DNA from: Candidatus Yanofskybacteria bacterium
GTDB taxonomy: Bacteria > Patescibacteriota > Minisyncoccia > 2-02-FULL-40-12 > IGHO2-01-FULL-4-A
DNA: 64,000 nucleotides
Direction: 5' to 3'
NCBI GenBank assembly: GCA_016185545.1
Contig: JACPNJ010000005.1
Location: 271,717-335,716, forward strand
Positions 10,180 through 19,796 of the stretch are shown here, in pieces. The translations under genes and the position numbers were made by a program. The notes beneath the pieces were generated by a model that searched no databases, was not told the DNA's origin, and worked only from the letters and a program-made list of their open reading frames with translations. Position 1 is the stretch's first letter. Each line of letters begins with the position of its first letter.

Positions 10180-10271
10180 TTTGGCTTTCTTCGGTCCGTA
10201 AGGATCAAATTAAATATTACCCATTAGCCTTGACACTAGTAATAAAGTGACTTATTATATAATTATATTAA

Positions 10272-12959
10272 ATGTCGCGTATTTTTGAAGCAAAACTAAT
10301 ATATAGTAAAAAAATCGCCGAAGATACGGTGGAGGTTAGGTTCGGAATCATGATCGCGGATCAAAAGTTTTGTCATCAGCCGGGACAATACCTGCGGCTG
10401 ACCCTGCCCAAGTTTCTATTCATAGATTCCATAGAAAATTCCAGAGACTTTTCCATTTTATCTTGCCGGCGCGAACAGAGAAAACAGGCTACTAAACAAA
10501 AACAAAACGAAGACTGTAACTGTGAGAAAGAGGTTGCGATCGCTTTTAGATTAACAGAGCCCTTTAGTAAATTTAAGAAAACCCTTCTCAAACTGCCGGC
10601 CGGTTCGCCTGTTATAATCAGCGGTCCTTACGGCAATATGACCTTACCTAAGACAAAGGAGAGAATTTCTTTGATTTTTTTTGCCGGCGGCATCGGAATT
10701 ACCGCGTTTATAGACAAGATAACGTCTGTATGCGAAGAAGGTTTGCCCTACCAGCTTACCTTGATTTGGGCTGACCGAAGTCAGAAAAAGGCCGCCTACT
10801 ATGAAGTCGTCAGGAAATACGCCGAGATCTGCCCTGATCGATTCAGACTGATAACTCTGTTTAAGGACAAAGGCAAGGCAATAAAAATAGATTCGGCATT
10901 TATCAAAAAAAACGTTCCTAATTACCTGACCGCCTTTTGGCAGATAGCCGGCCCGACCCCGTTTGTTAAGACTTGTGACGTCCAACTTAGTAAATTGGGA
11001 ATATCCGACGACAAAATAACTTGCGAAGACTACATCGGTTACAATCTGACAAATGGCAAGCTAAGAACCAGAGGCAGAAACATCAAGCCGGAAAACGAAT
11101 TAGGCAGGAAACGTTTCGGCGGATTTTTGGAAGCTATTAACGCGGCAGCCATGGTAACCGAAACGGACGCCCGAGGTAATATTACTTTTGCCAATAAACA
11201 GTTCACGGAAATCTCCAAGTATAGCCAGGAAGAATTAATCGGCCAGAACCACAGACTTTTTAAGTCCGGCCATCATACTACTGAATTTTACCAAAATCTT
11301 TGGCGCACAATATCCAGCGGTCAAGTCTGGCGCGGAGAAATCAATAACATCGCCAAAGACGGCTCGTATTTCTGGGCGGATACCAGTATCGCGCCGGTTT
11401 TTGATAATAAAGGCAAAATCATGAAATACGTTGCCGTGCGGTTCCTGATAACCGACCGAAAAGAAGCGGAAGACAAGGCTCATTATCTCGTTTCAGTCGT
11501 TCAGTCGTCCAATGATGCCATAATTAGCAGTAATTTGGATAATATTATTACTACCTGGAATAAAGGCGCGGAAAACCTTTACGGCTATACGGCCACAGAG
11601 GCAATCGGCAGAAATCACAGTATCATCCTACCGATTGATTGTCATAATGAACTGGCCGAGATACATGAAAAATTACAAAAAGGAAAGGCCGTACCCAATT
11701 ATGAAACCAAAAGAAAGCACAAAGACGGATCAATTGTTGATGTAGCCATGATCGTTTCACTGGTCTTGGACGCCGATGGCGAAATCGTCGGTTTATCAAC
11801 CATCGCCCACGACATTACCGAAAAAAAGAAATTTGACAAAAAAAAAGATGATTTTCTGGCGGTTCTTTCTCACGAGTTAAGAAACCCGCTAGCCGCGATT
11901 TTGTTATACACCCAACTTGCTCAAGCCAAACTTAAAACCACGGCTGGTTATGACGTCTTGATACGCGCCGAATTAGCCGAAGCGATAGATACGATCAAGA
12001 AACAAGCCGGCAATATGACCAGTCTGATTAATGACTTGCTTGACATCGGCCGCGTCATAAACAATAAAATCATCTTGCATGTTAAAAAGACGGATCTGGC
12101 TGATTGTGTTCGCAACGCTGTCAAGACCTCGGAATCCTTTATCCGCGAACGGCAAAATACTCTGTCGGTATCAATGCCCGAGCAACCCTTAATCGTCGAG
12201 GTTGACCCGGTCAGAATGGAGCAAATCATTGTCAATATACTTAGCAACGCTTCAAGATACAGCGCGCCGGGCAAACCGATAGAGCTGACACTAGGGGCCG
12301 GCGAGTCTTTTGGCGAGATTCAGATCAAAGATTACGGCCGCGGCATCCGCAAAGATATGATCGGCAATATTTTTAATATGTTCATCCAGGCTGACAAAGA
12401 CTCCGCCGGCTACAATCAGAACTTGGGCTTGGGTATTGGTTTGTCTTTGATCAAAAACTTAGTTGAACTTCACGGCGGAACCATAACTGTCCAAAGCGAC
12501 GGCCCCGACAAGGGCAGCGTATTTACGGTACGAATCCCGCTTTATTATGTCAGCCAAGCTGAAAGCAAAAACCCAAATACCCAGATTCTGGTGGTTGACG
12601 ATGAGAAAGAAGCGGCCGACGGCCTTGCAGAATTATTAAAAATTAATCTGCCACACAATTATATTATTAAATCGACGTATAGCGGCGACATGGCTCTAGA
12701 AATGATAGCCGCCGGATCAGTCAGCCCCAAATTTATCATGTTGGATATCGCCATGCCCGGTAAAAACGGCTACGAAGTGGCCAAAATAATCAAAAGAGAT
12801 ACCAAATTAACTGGTACCTCGTTAATTGCCGTTTCCGGCTTTGGACAAGAAAACGACAAGCTCAAAGCTAAAGAAGCGGGCTTTGATTATTATTTCACTA
12901 AGCCGTTAGCCAACGTAGATGAACTGCTGCATATTATACAAAAATCAGATAACATATAA
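10272..12959 (+). CDS. Hybrid sensor kinase: FNR-like domain + 2 PAS + HisKA + HATPase + receiver
   Basis: GQY/RDFS/GPYG/FAGGIGIT; two PAS; SHELRNPL; GLGIGL; VVDDE..LDIAMP..KP. Confidence 0.9.
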   Translation: MSRIFEAKLIYSKKIAEDTVEVRFGIMIADQKFCHQPGQYLRLTLPKFLFIDSIENSRDFSILSCRREQRKQATKQKQNEDCNCEKEVAIAFRLTEPFSKFKKTLLKLPAGSPVIISGPYGNMTLPKTKERISLIFFAGGIGITAFIDKITSVCEEGLPYQLTLIWADRSQKKAAYYEVVRKYAEICPDRFRLITLFKDKGKAIKIDSAFIKKNVPNYLTAFWQIAGPTPFVKTCDVQLSKLGISDDKITCEDYIGYNLTNGKLRTRGRNIKPENELGRKRFGGFLEAINAAAMVTETDARGNITFANKQFTEISKYSQEELIGQNHRLFKSGHHTTEFYQNLWRTISSGQVWRGEINNIAKDGSYFWADTSIAPVFDNKGKIMKYVAVRFLITDRKEAEDKAHYLVSVVQSSNDAIISSNLDNIITTWNKGAENLYGYTATEAIGRNHSIILPIDCHNELAEIHEKLQKGKAVPNYETKRKHKDGSIVDVAMIVSLVLDADGEIVGLSTIAHDITEKKKFDKKKDDFLAVLSHELRNPLAAILLYTQLAQAKLKTTAGYDVLIRAELAEAIDTIKKQAGNMTSLINDLLDIGRVINNKIILHVKKTDLADCVRNAVKTSESFIRERQNTLSVSMPEQPLIVEVDPVRMEQIIVNILSNASRYSAPGKPIELTLGAGESFGEIQIKDYGRGIRKDMIGNIFNMFIQADKDSAGYNQNLGLGIGLSLIKNLVELHGGTITVQSDGPDKGSVFTVRIPLYYVSQAESKNPNTQILVVDDEKEAADGLAELLKINLPHNYIIKSTYSGDMALEMIAAGSVSPKFIMLDIAMPGKNGYEVAKIIKRDTKLTGTSLIAVSGFGQENDKLKAKEAGFDYYFTKPLANVDELLHIIQKSDNI

Positions 12960-13029
12960 ATGGTTTTTTAACGGCTATTTCTTCGGGCGTAAGCTTGGCG
13001 CCGTTATTTATTATTTTAGAACAATCAAC

Positions 13030-13737
13030 CTACAGACCGCCGTTTATTAACAGTTGATCTATCAAGCCGGCGAAAACTTGATATGGCTGGGCGCCAACAA
13101 GTTGACGGCCATTGAGAAAAAAGTTGGGCGTGCCGCGAGCGCCTAATCGAGCCGCGTCTTGGCTGTCTTTGGCTATTTCCTGCCGATATTTGCCTGATTC
13201 ATAACAAGAGCTGAATTGTTCCGCATCAAGCCCCAGATCAGAAGCAAATTTTATAAGATTATCTTTTTTAAAAACTCCGACATTATAACCGCGGCGTTCA
13301 GAATAGAGCCGATCATGATATTCCCAATATTTCTCCTGTTCTCCAGCGCATTCTGCCGCTTCAGCGGCATTTTGGGACTCGCGACCGTTGATAGCAAGAT
13401 CACGAAACACAATCTTTAGCTTTCCGGTTTTAACATATTTATCAATTAGAGTTGGCTCCGTCTCATTAAAAAACTTGGTGCAAAAAGTACACTGGTAGTC
13501 GCCGAATTCCACCAAAGTTACCGGGGCATCGGGATTGCCAAGCACGGCATCATTGTCTTCAAGAGATGCTGTATCCGGAACGATTTGCGCGGTTTGCGGC
13601 GGGCGTGGCGCGCTGTTGCCCAAATGATTTCTTTCGGGTTGATTAGTGGCTTTACCGCCAGCCAAAATCAGTATCACTGACAGACCGATAGCGCCCGCTA
13701 TCACGCTTATTGAAATTATCAGGGATTTATTTTTCAT
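13030..13737 (-). CDS. DsbA-family thiol-disulfide oxidoreductase
   Basis: EFGDYQCTFC, GTPNF. Confidence 0.9.
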   Translation of the reverse strand: MKNKSLIISISVIAGAIGLSVILILAGGKATNQPERNHLGNSAPRPPQTAQIVPDTASLEDNDAVLGNPDAPVTLVEFGDYQCTFCTKFFNETEPTLIDKYVKTGKLKIVFRDLAINGRESQNAAEAAECAGEQEKYWEYHDRLYSERRGYNVGVFKKDNLIKFASDLGLDAEQFSSCYESGKYRQEIAKDSQDAARLGARGTPNFFLNGRQLVGAQPYQVFAGLIDQLLINGGL

Positions 13738-13740
13738 AAT

Positions 13741-14508
13741 TTATAAAAATCTATTTATATATTCTTCGTAAAATTGAAATTGCAGCAGCCAACCGCGAAA
13801 TTGGTTAAAAACCGGCGTGAACTGGTTGCTGATAAGAAGAGCGCCGAGCGCGATAAGAAAAATACCGGCGACAACATTGATGACCTTGAGCATTCGTCCC
13901 CACTTGGCAAAAGCCGTAAACGCTTTGCCGATAAGAAGCGCGGTGATCAAAAAAGGTATGGCCAGCCCCAAAGAAAACATCATCAGAAGAAATGTGCCCT
14001 GAGCCACTGTGCCGGATCCAGACGCCAGAAAAAGAATGGAGCCCAACAGCGGTCCGACGCAAGGCGACCAACCAAGAGCAAAAAGCGCGCCGATACCGAA
14101 CGAGTTTGTTTTATTAGATGAAGTAAAAAGCTTAGGCAATCGAATCTGTTTTTCTGCGCTCAACCAGGGTAATTTTAATAATCCCGACAAAAATAGTCCA
14201 AACAGTATTATCAAGATACCGCCGATTCTTTGAAGCCATATCCGGATAACAAAAATTTTGCCCAGAAATGAGAAAGCCACACCGAATAATATAAATACCA
14301 GTGAAAATCCAAGAACATAGAAAACGGCGTTGCCGAATATTTTCCAGCGTAACTGTTTTAGTTTCTCGGGATTGTTCAGCTCTTCTGGCCCGACGCCGGC
14401 AATCACGCCCAAAAACGCCGGCACAAGCGGCAAGGTGCACGGCGCGAAAAAGGTAAATACGCCGGCAACAAATGAAGAAAGTATTAATGCGATACCAAAT
14501 TCTATCAT
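13741..14508 (-). CDS. ccdA: CcdA/DsbD-like transmembrane electron transporter
   Basis: FAPCTLPLVP and WSPCVGP. Confidence 0.9.
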   Translation of the reverse strand: MIEFGIALILSSFVAGVFTFFAPCTLPLVPAFLGVIAGVGPEELNNPEKLKQLRWKIFGNAVFYVLGFSLVFILFGVAFSFLGKIFVIRIWLQRIGGILIILFGLFLSGLLKLPWLSAEKQIRLPKLFTSSNKTNSFGIGALFALGWSPCVGPLLGSILFLASGSGTVAQGTFLLMMFSLGLAIPFLITALLIGKAFTAFAKWGRMLKVINVVAGIFLIALGALLISNQFTPVFNQFRGWLLQFQFYEEYINRFL

Positions 14509-14511
14509 CGT

Positions 14512-15075
14512 TTATTTGATTATTTTATTTATTTTTTGGATTAACTCTGCCTCTGTAAGCGGCCCCAACTTCATATCTTGTATTACTCCTTCGCGATCAA
14601 TAAACACGCTATGAGGCATCGCAAATCCTCCGTAACGTCCATAGGTAGAGTCGGATTTATCGTTAAGTAAAACAAAGGCATCGGCTAAACCAAGCTGATC
14701 CGTGAATTTTCGGCCGGTTTTTTGATCTTCGCCCCGATTAATCGCCAAAGTAACATATTGATCGCCGGATTGTTTTTGAACACGGGCCATAAGCGGGAGC
14801 TCCTCAACGCAAAACGGACACCATGTCGCCCAAAAATTTATGAACACCGGTTTTTGTCCGCGAAAATCAGACAACCTTACGGTCTTGCCGTTATAATCTT
14901 TTAATTCAAAATCGGGCGCGAGATTGCCGATTCGTGTTCCCACCGTTAGCTCGCCTTGCGGTTCTTTCGCGGTTGAGGGCGTTGAAACTGATGTTTCTTT
15001 GTTGTTGCTGTCCCGTAAAACTAACGCCAAAACCGCCGTGATAATTATTACTATAATTGGAATAATTTTTTTCAT
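14512..15075 (-). CDS. TlpA/ResA-like thioredoxin
   Basis: APDFEL, NFWATWCPFC. Confidence 0.9.
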   Translation of the reverse strand: MKKIIPIIVIIITAVLALVLRDSNNKETSVSTPSTAKEPQGELTVGTRIGNLAPDFELKDYNGKTVRLSDFRGQKPVFINFWATWCPFCVEELPLMARVQKQSGDQYVTLAINRGEDQKTGRKFTDQLGLADAFVLLNDKSDSTYGRYGGFAMPHSVFIDREGVIQDMKLGPLTEAELIQKINKIIK

Positions 15076-15588
15076 TTACTTATTTTTTAAAAATTTTTCT
15101 AGAGCTTTCTTCTGAATATCCTCGAGATGTATAGATGGCCGTTTCGATTTAATAAGATTCAACGCTTCGTTGGCACTTTTGCCTTGCTTCATAAAATAAG
15201 CCGCCACCAGGGTTGGCGCTCGGCCGTGGCCATTTTTACAATGAATATAAAATTTCATTTTATTCTTTACAAAAAAGTCCATTACTTCCACCCCCAGCTC
15301 CAATTGATTTGGAGTAGGCGCCTGATGATCTTCAACCGGTAGCCAAAGAAAATAGTCAATGCCTATGGGATTATCAATCCGGTTTTTTTCTAAACTTATA
15401 TCACCTAAAACATTTTTTTGAATCAATTCTCTGGCATAGCCGACGATACAGCACATATTTGTGCCGATAAAAATTTCGTCGGTTATTTGATCGTAATCAA
15501 AACTTTTATCGGCGCTAAAATGATGATCGCGTTCGTGAGTTTGAATATCATGCTCGCTTAATTGTTTTTCCAAATCTGACAGCTCCAT
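15076..15588 (-). CDS. Dual-specificity protein phosphatase family
   Basis: IHCKNGHGRA (CX5R). Confidence 0.85.
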   Translation of the reverse strand: MELSDLEKQLSEHDIQTHERDHHFSADKSFDYDQITDEIFIGTNMCCIVGYARELIQKNVLGDISLEKNRIDNPIGIDYFLWLPVEDHQAPTPNQLELGVEVMDFFVKNKMKFYIHCKNGHGRAPTLVAAYFMKQGKSANEALNLIKSKRPSIHLEDIQKKALEKFLKNK

Positions 15589-15662
15589 GGTTTTATTTAT
15601 TTCGGATATATACCGGCTTCATAATATTCTTGAAATTAACAATCATAAGTTTTTCATATTAC

Positions 15663-16292
15663 TCATCTCGAATGACCTCGCGGAGCATTTATTCTCTCCG
15701 GACCAAGATTTTGGTAACGAGAAATAAAATCTTTAATGCGTTGCTGATCGATGCTGCCGGCTTCAACATTGAATTTATCCAATCGTCCCCAAGCCGCCAG
15801 AGCAATATCAGTGTCATTTTTTGAACGCAAGGTAACTATAATATTTCCGCCGGCAAAATCTTTAAGAATATCAATAACCTCGCTTGATAAGTCTGGTTTA
15901 TAAGTAATCCAAACATGGCCATGTTCTAAATTATGGACTAGTTGCTCGTCGGGCAACTCTCTATCGTAAAATCTTGCCGGAGCCGCAACCGCATAATGAT
16001 CGCCGGATGTCGGTGGATTTGAGTTATAGGAACCCACCATGCCATCAGACACATGGTTCCTTCCTAAAATCGAGATTGCTTGGCTGTAATCCTGCCCTTT
16101 GGGCGTACCGGCACGAACTATTAACCATCCGCCACCAATCACAATCGCTAGACCGATAAGCCAGTAACTAATCTTTTTAAAAACTCTTTTGCGGCGCCCA
16201 CTTGAAATCTCGGCTTCTCTAACGACCTTCTTTTGCCTTTGCCGTTCTTCATATGGCACGTTATTTAATTTTTCAGTATTTTGATCTGACAT
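15663..16292 (-). CDS. DUF3105-like membrane-anchored protein
   Basis: YNSNPPTSGDH, VHNLEHG, ALAAWG. Confidence 0.8.
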   Translation of the reverse strand: MSDQNTEKLNNVPYEERQRQKKVVREAEISSGRRKRVFKKISYWLIGLAIVIGGGWLIVRAGTPKGQDYSQAISILGRNHVSDGMVGSYNSNPPTSGDHYAVAAPARFYDRELPDEQLVHNLEHGHVWITYKPDLSSEVIDILKDFAGGNIIVTLRSKNDTDIALAAWGRLDKFNVEAGSIDQQRIKDFISRYQNLGPERINAPRGHSR

Positions 16293-16298
16293 TTTTCT

Positions 16299-16490
16299 CT
16301 AATGACAATCGCAGGAAGGGGTGTTGTCCTGCTTATGGGGCGCGCCGCACGTTGAACAGGTTTTGCTTTCTTCGTGATGTTTTTCGTGCTCACCCATTTC
16401 TTCAACCGGATGGTTATGCTCTTTATGCATTTCGCATGGACACGAACACGCCATGCATTCTTCTGATTTTTGATTATGATTTTGATTCAT
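16299..16490 (-). CDS. Small Cys/His-rich protein, metallothionein-like
   Basis: 63 aa with CMACSCPC, CSTC, CDCH and many His. Confidence 0.6.
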   Translation of the reverse strand: MNQNHNQKSEECMACSCPCEMHKEHNHPVEEMGEHEKHHEESKTCSTCGAPHKQDNTPSCDCH

Positions 16491-16547
16491 ATTTTGATTG
16501 TATAATTGAAGTTATCCAAAACGAGGTTTTGAGATAATCTTAATTAG

Positions 16548-16784
16548 TTATTTAATTCCAAGTAATTGTGAAAGGTGTGATTTGTCAAAACCGACAATGA
16601 TCGTACCATCAACATCAATAATCGGCACCGCCATTTGACCGGATTTTTCCATAGCTTCCTTCGCCGCTTCACGATCTGCCGCTACATTTTTCTCCTCATA
16701 AATAACGTCATGTTCTTTGAAGAAAGCCTTAGCCACCTTGCAATACACGCATGTGGGAGTTGTATATATTGTTACTTTAGCCAT
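16548..16784 (-). CDS. Glutaredoxin/NrdH-like protein
   Basis: YTTPTCVYC, VP, GFD. Confidence 0.9.
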   Translation of the reverse strand: MAKVTIYTTPTCVYCKVAKAFFKEHDVIYEEKNVAADREAAKEAMEKSGQMAVPIIDVDGTIIVGFDKSHLSQLLGIK

Positions 16785-16815
16785 AGTTTTAGTTTTATTT
16801 ATTTATCGTTTTTTA

Positions 16816-17202
16816 TTAACTAATTAACCTGTAATATCCGCCGGCGGTGAAAAATATCGCCGCGTTAGCCGCCAGTAATATCAAATCAAATTCCCAGCCG
16901 GTTTTATCCATGGCGGCGAAAGGAATTTTCCATTTCATCATCTTCATGCCAATTGCCCCGACCATGACAATTGCCAACAAAACGGCGGCCGCTTGCATAT
17001 AAATCCCCAGAATAAGGCCTAAGCTGGAAAGACTCTCAACTATTCCTAAGAAAAATACGGCAGCTCCGGATACTCCCATCATCTGACCCATCATTTTTGC
17101 CTTCATAAGTTTCGGCAGGCCGTGATAAAGAAAGATTATTGCTACCGCCAATCTCAATATAAACAGACCAAGATTGGCGTTCAGGAAAACCGATGGATCC
17201 AT
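16816..17202 (-). CDS. DoxX-family membrane protein
   Basis: LRL..FLYHGLPK, GWEF. Confidence 0.85.
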   Translation of the reverse strand: MDPSVFLNANLGLFILRLAVAIIFLYHGLPKLMKAKMMGQMMGVSGAAVFFLGIVESLSSLGLILGIYMQAAAVLLAIVMVGAIGMKMMKWKIPFAAMDKTGWEFDLILLAANAAIFFTAGGYYRLIS

Positions 17203-17240
17203 TTTGTTTTATTTTAATTAAGCTGATGATTCTCTGTTTT

Positions 17241-17278
17241 GCCTGCCCCGTAGGGTCGTGAAGCGACTCCTTCGGGGG
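17241..17278. repeat. Short palindromic element GCCTGCCCCGTAGGG...CTCCTTCGGGG
   Basis: Related copies at 23364-23397 (reverse) and 46231-46266 (inside pgk). Confidence 0.65.
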
Positions 17279-17373
17279 TTTTCAACTCAGAAAATACACC
17301 ATTCTTAATTATTAATTGATCTCGCACGAGATCGCGAGGACTCGCCCCGAGTCTCTATCTCGTGTGGGACTGA

Positions 17374-18387
17374 CTATTTGAAAAGCTCGGTTTCGGGATG
17401 AACCGCTAACCAACTAAACCAGAATCCTCCGATATACGGCAACGGTTCGCGGTTAGCGCCTATAAACATTCTAATCTCGCCCTCCGGTTTCTTTTGGATA
17501 AAAATCTGTTCACCGTTAAATATGTCTTTTGTTTCGCCGGCTTTCAGAGCTTTTGAATGATATGCTTTATATTTTCCCTTAATTTGAACCCCCAAAACAA
17601 ATTCTTTTTGGTGTAATCGTTTATCATTAAATGAGGCGCCGAATGAGACATCGTTTGATGTATAGTAATCACCATAAGGGTCATAACCGTATGACCTGAT
17701 AGTTCCGGTGTCTTTGGAAAGAACCGTTGTGTTAGGATGAAGTTTTTTCCAATCCCCGTACCTAATAACATCCGAAGGAATAACTTTTAGTTTGGTACCC
17801 GTAAATTTTCCGACAATAGCTTCTCCCAATACTTGAGACCAAAGTGATTCTTTTTTCTCATCTTCGGTTCGATTATACATTACCAGATTTGATTTCCAAA
17901 GTTTGCCGGAAGTGCCGAATTCCACGACTTGACCTTCCAATTTTCTTTCAAAAACGATACCTGTCAAACAAAGGGGGCAATACGTAATCAATACTGGTTG
18001 GTTGCCAACGGTGTCATTCACAATTTCATGCCAAACCAATATTTGATAGGGATAAAATCGGCAATCATTACCAACACAAAGTCCCGTTCCTGTTTCTTCA
18101 TCTTTCAGAAAATCCGCTTCTTCGGTAGACAAAAATTTAGGATCATCAATTGATGGAATCCCGTCTTTGGGCGGACCGCCTGACAGGATTTCATCTAATG
18201 GCACGGAATGTTTTACCCCATCGGTAATCAGAATTTGTTTTTCGGATGTTTCTAAATCCGAATTATTTGGCATAGTCTCTAAAACTTGGGTATCGCCTTT
18301 GGGTAATTTAAACTGGCGAGATTGGTTATAAAAATAAAATCCGCCAATTCCAAGCATTAACACAAGTATTATAATCCACTTTTTCAT
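17374..18387 (-). CDS. DUF3179-like protein
   Basis: GGPPKDGIPSID, WHEIVND, TYCPLC, FWFSW. Confidence 0.85.
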   Translation of the reverse strand: MKKWIIILVLMLGIGGFYFYNQSRQFKLPKGDTQVLETMPNNSDLETSEKQILITDGVKHSVPLDEILSGGPPKDGIPSIDDPKFLSTEEADFLKDEETGTGLCVGNDCRFYPYQILVWHEIVNDTVGNQPVLITYCPLCLTGIVFERKLEGQVVEFGTSGKLWKSNLVMYNRTEDEKKESLWSQVLGEAIVGKFTGTKLKVIPSDVIRYGDWKKLHPNTTVLSKDTGTIRSYGYDPYGDYYTSNDVSFGASFNDKRLHQKEFVLGVQIKGKYKAYHSKALKAGETKDIFNGEQIFIQKKPEGEIRMFIGANREPLPYIGGFWFSWLAVHPETELFK

Positions 18388-18671
18388 TTTACCATTTTTA
18401 TAAGTTTTATTAAATGACTGGTCAGCTTATTTTCCCGATTCAAACAATAACATATTTCTTGACCGTAGCGGCATCCGGAAACAACGCCCAAAAGTTCTAA
18501 CTTCTTTAACTGGTGAGAAACGGCGGATAAAGACGAGTTCGTCATCTCGGATATTCTGCCTACGCACGGCTCTTTTTCGGAAATCAATACCTTAAAAATA
18601 CTTATCCTGGTAGGATCCGATAGGAGGCTAAAAATCTCCGCCGGTTCCAATTGTTTGTATTGTTTAGTCAT
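18384..18671 (-). CDS. ArsR/SmtB transcriptional repressor
   Basis: LSDPTRISI, SAVSHQLKKL; true start MTKQ at 18671, the longer ORF reads into a MITE. Confidence 0.85.
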   Translation of the reverse strand: MTKQYKQLEPAEIFSLLSDPTRISIFKVLISEKEPCVGRISEMTNSSLSAVSHQLKKLELLGVVSGCRYGQEICYCLNRENKLTSHLIKLIKMVK

Positions 18672-18784
18672 CCCGTTAGAAGTCCTACGCAATCCAAAAA
18701 TGACTCGTTTATAAGCAGGGCTATTGCTGTTATTTATTCGATATTCCATTCGTTTAATCCGTTAGGGGGGTGCCTTCTAACGGG
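18672..18784. mobile_element. CCCGTTAG...CTAACGGG MITE, copy 1, at the arsR start codon
   Basis: TIRs cccgttagaag/cttctaacggg; coding-strand flanks ATGAAT/ATGACT. Confidence 0.75.
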
Positions 18785-18824
18785 ATTCATTGATTATTAG
18801 TAGAACTTAACATAAGTTGAATGT

Positions 18825-18868
18825 TTGAGCAACTACTCAAGTATACTGCCAAGCAAACATAAAGTCAA
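18825..18868 (-). promoter_or_regulatory. sigma70 promoter plus palindromic ArsR-type operator
   Basis: TTGACT-17-TATACT followed by TTGAGtagttgCTCAA. Confidence 0.75.
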
Positions 18869-18949
18869 GCAAAAGCAATGTAAAAGAGAAAACCGAACCA
18901 ATTTCTGTTGGAAAGCACGAGTTATTCGTGAGTTTGCGCTTGGGATTGA

Positions 18950-19314
18950 TTAAATAATAAGTGTTTCCCAGCCGCTTGCGATGCGCGCGCCGATATCCGG
19001 ATGGCCGTTGTTTTCATCCATAAAATTTGCTCCAAGCGCCTTGAGTTCGTCCTCTACTTTGAATGCCTTGGAGCAAAAAGAGCACACGCCTTTAACGACA
19101 CCGCCCTCAAGAAGTTCTTGGTAGAGTCCTTTGAAGTGATCGTTCTTGGGAAACTCCGCGGCCCACTGTGTGCCGCCACCGTCAAATATGAGCTCGACCT
19201 CCAGGCCTTTTGCTTTTGCCTGTTTGGCTTGGCGTAAAGGAGCGCGTGCAAAGCGCGACCCATATTTTCGTGCGTGCTTTTGTCCGCCAGCAAAATGATT
19301 AAAAGTTTTTTCAT
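18950..19314 (-). pseudogene. DsrE-family protein frameshifted by a 5-bp duplication
   Basis: Removing one GCCAA (19224-19233) restores a 119-aa ORF with IFDGGG and VCSFC. Confidence 0.75.
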
Positions 19315-19472
19315 GAGTATTTATTTTAATCTGTTAATTTATTTCCAGCAAAATATCAATTAAATTTATAATTAAATGCTAATAAGCGTATCGTTGCGAA
19401 ATATGGGCCCCACCTCGACGCCAATCTCTGGCCCACACCCCGTTTCTTAACAAGACGCTGTTTGCTATGTCT

Positions 19473-19796
19473 TTAACGGGATTGTGTTATTTGTCGTTTT
19501 ACAGTACCAAAGAGAGGCGACTCTTTATCAATGCGATAATAAACGGATTTAATGTCCCTTCTTGATTTTACCAAACAACACTTTCTAAGCGCCTTCAGAG
19601 AGTGAGAAACAGCGGAAACGGAAACCCCTACCAACCCAGCGATCTCTGACACTGACAGTTCCTTATGTTTGCACAACAAATAACAAATCTTCATTCTTGT
19701 TAAATCGCCGAGAACATTAAAATCACAAGCGCATTTTACGAGGGCCTTTTTATTGCTAAGCTCTTTTTTTATTCTATTTCTGGTTTTTATATCCAT
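19473..19796 (-). CDS. ArsR/SmtB transcriptional repressor (Cys-rich)
   Basis: LGDLTRMKI, ELSVSEIA, SAVSHSLKALR. Confidence 0.9.
   Translation of the reverse strand: MDIKTRNRIKKELSNKKALVKCACDFNVLGDLTRMKICYLLCKHKELSVSEIAGLVGVSVSAVSHSLKALRKCCLVKSRRDIKSVYYRIDKESPLFGTVKRQITQSR

Noticed and set aside
9998-10201. 67-aa ORF and short CTGGGGAATCTGG duplication
   Set aside because: Runs through a long hairpin and regulatory repeats; no coding support.
18672-18749. N-terminal extension of ArsR in the ORF track
   Set aside because: It is translated MITE sequence; the domain starts at 18671.
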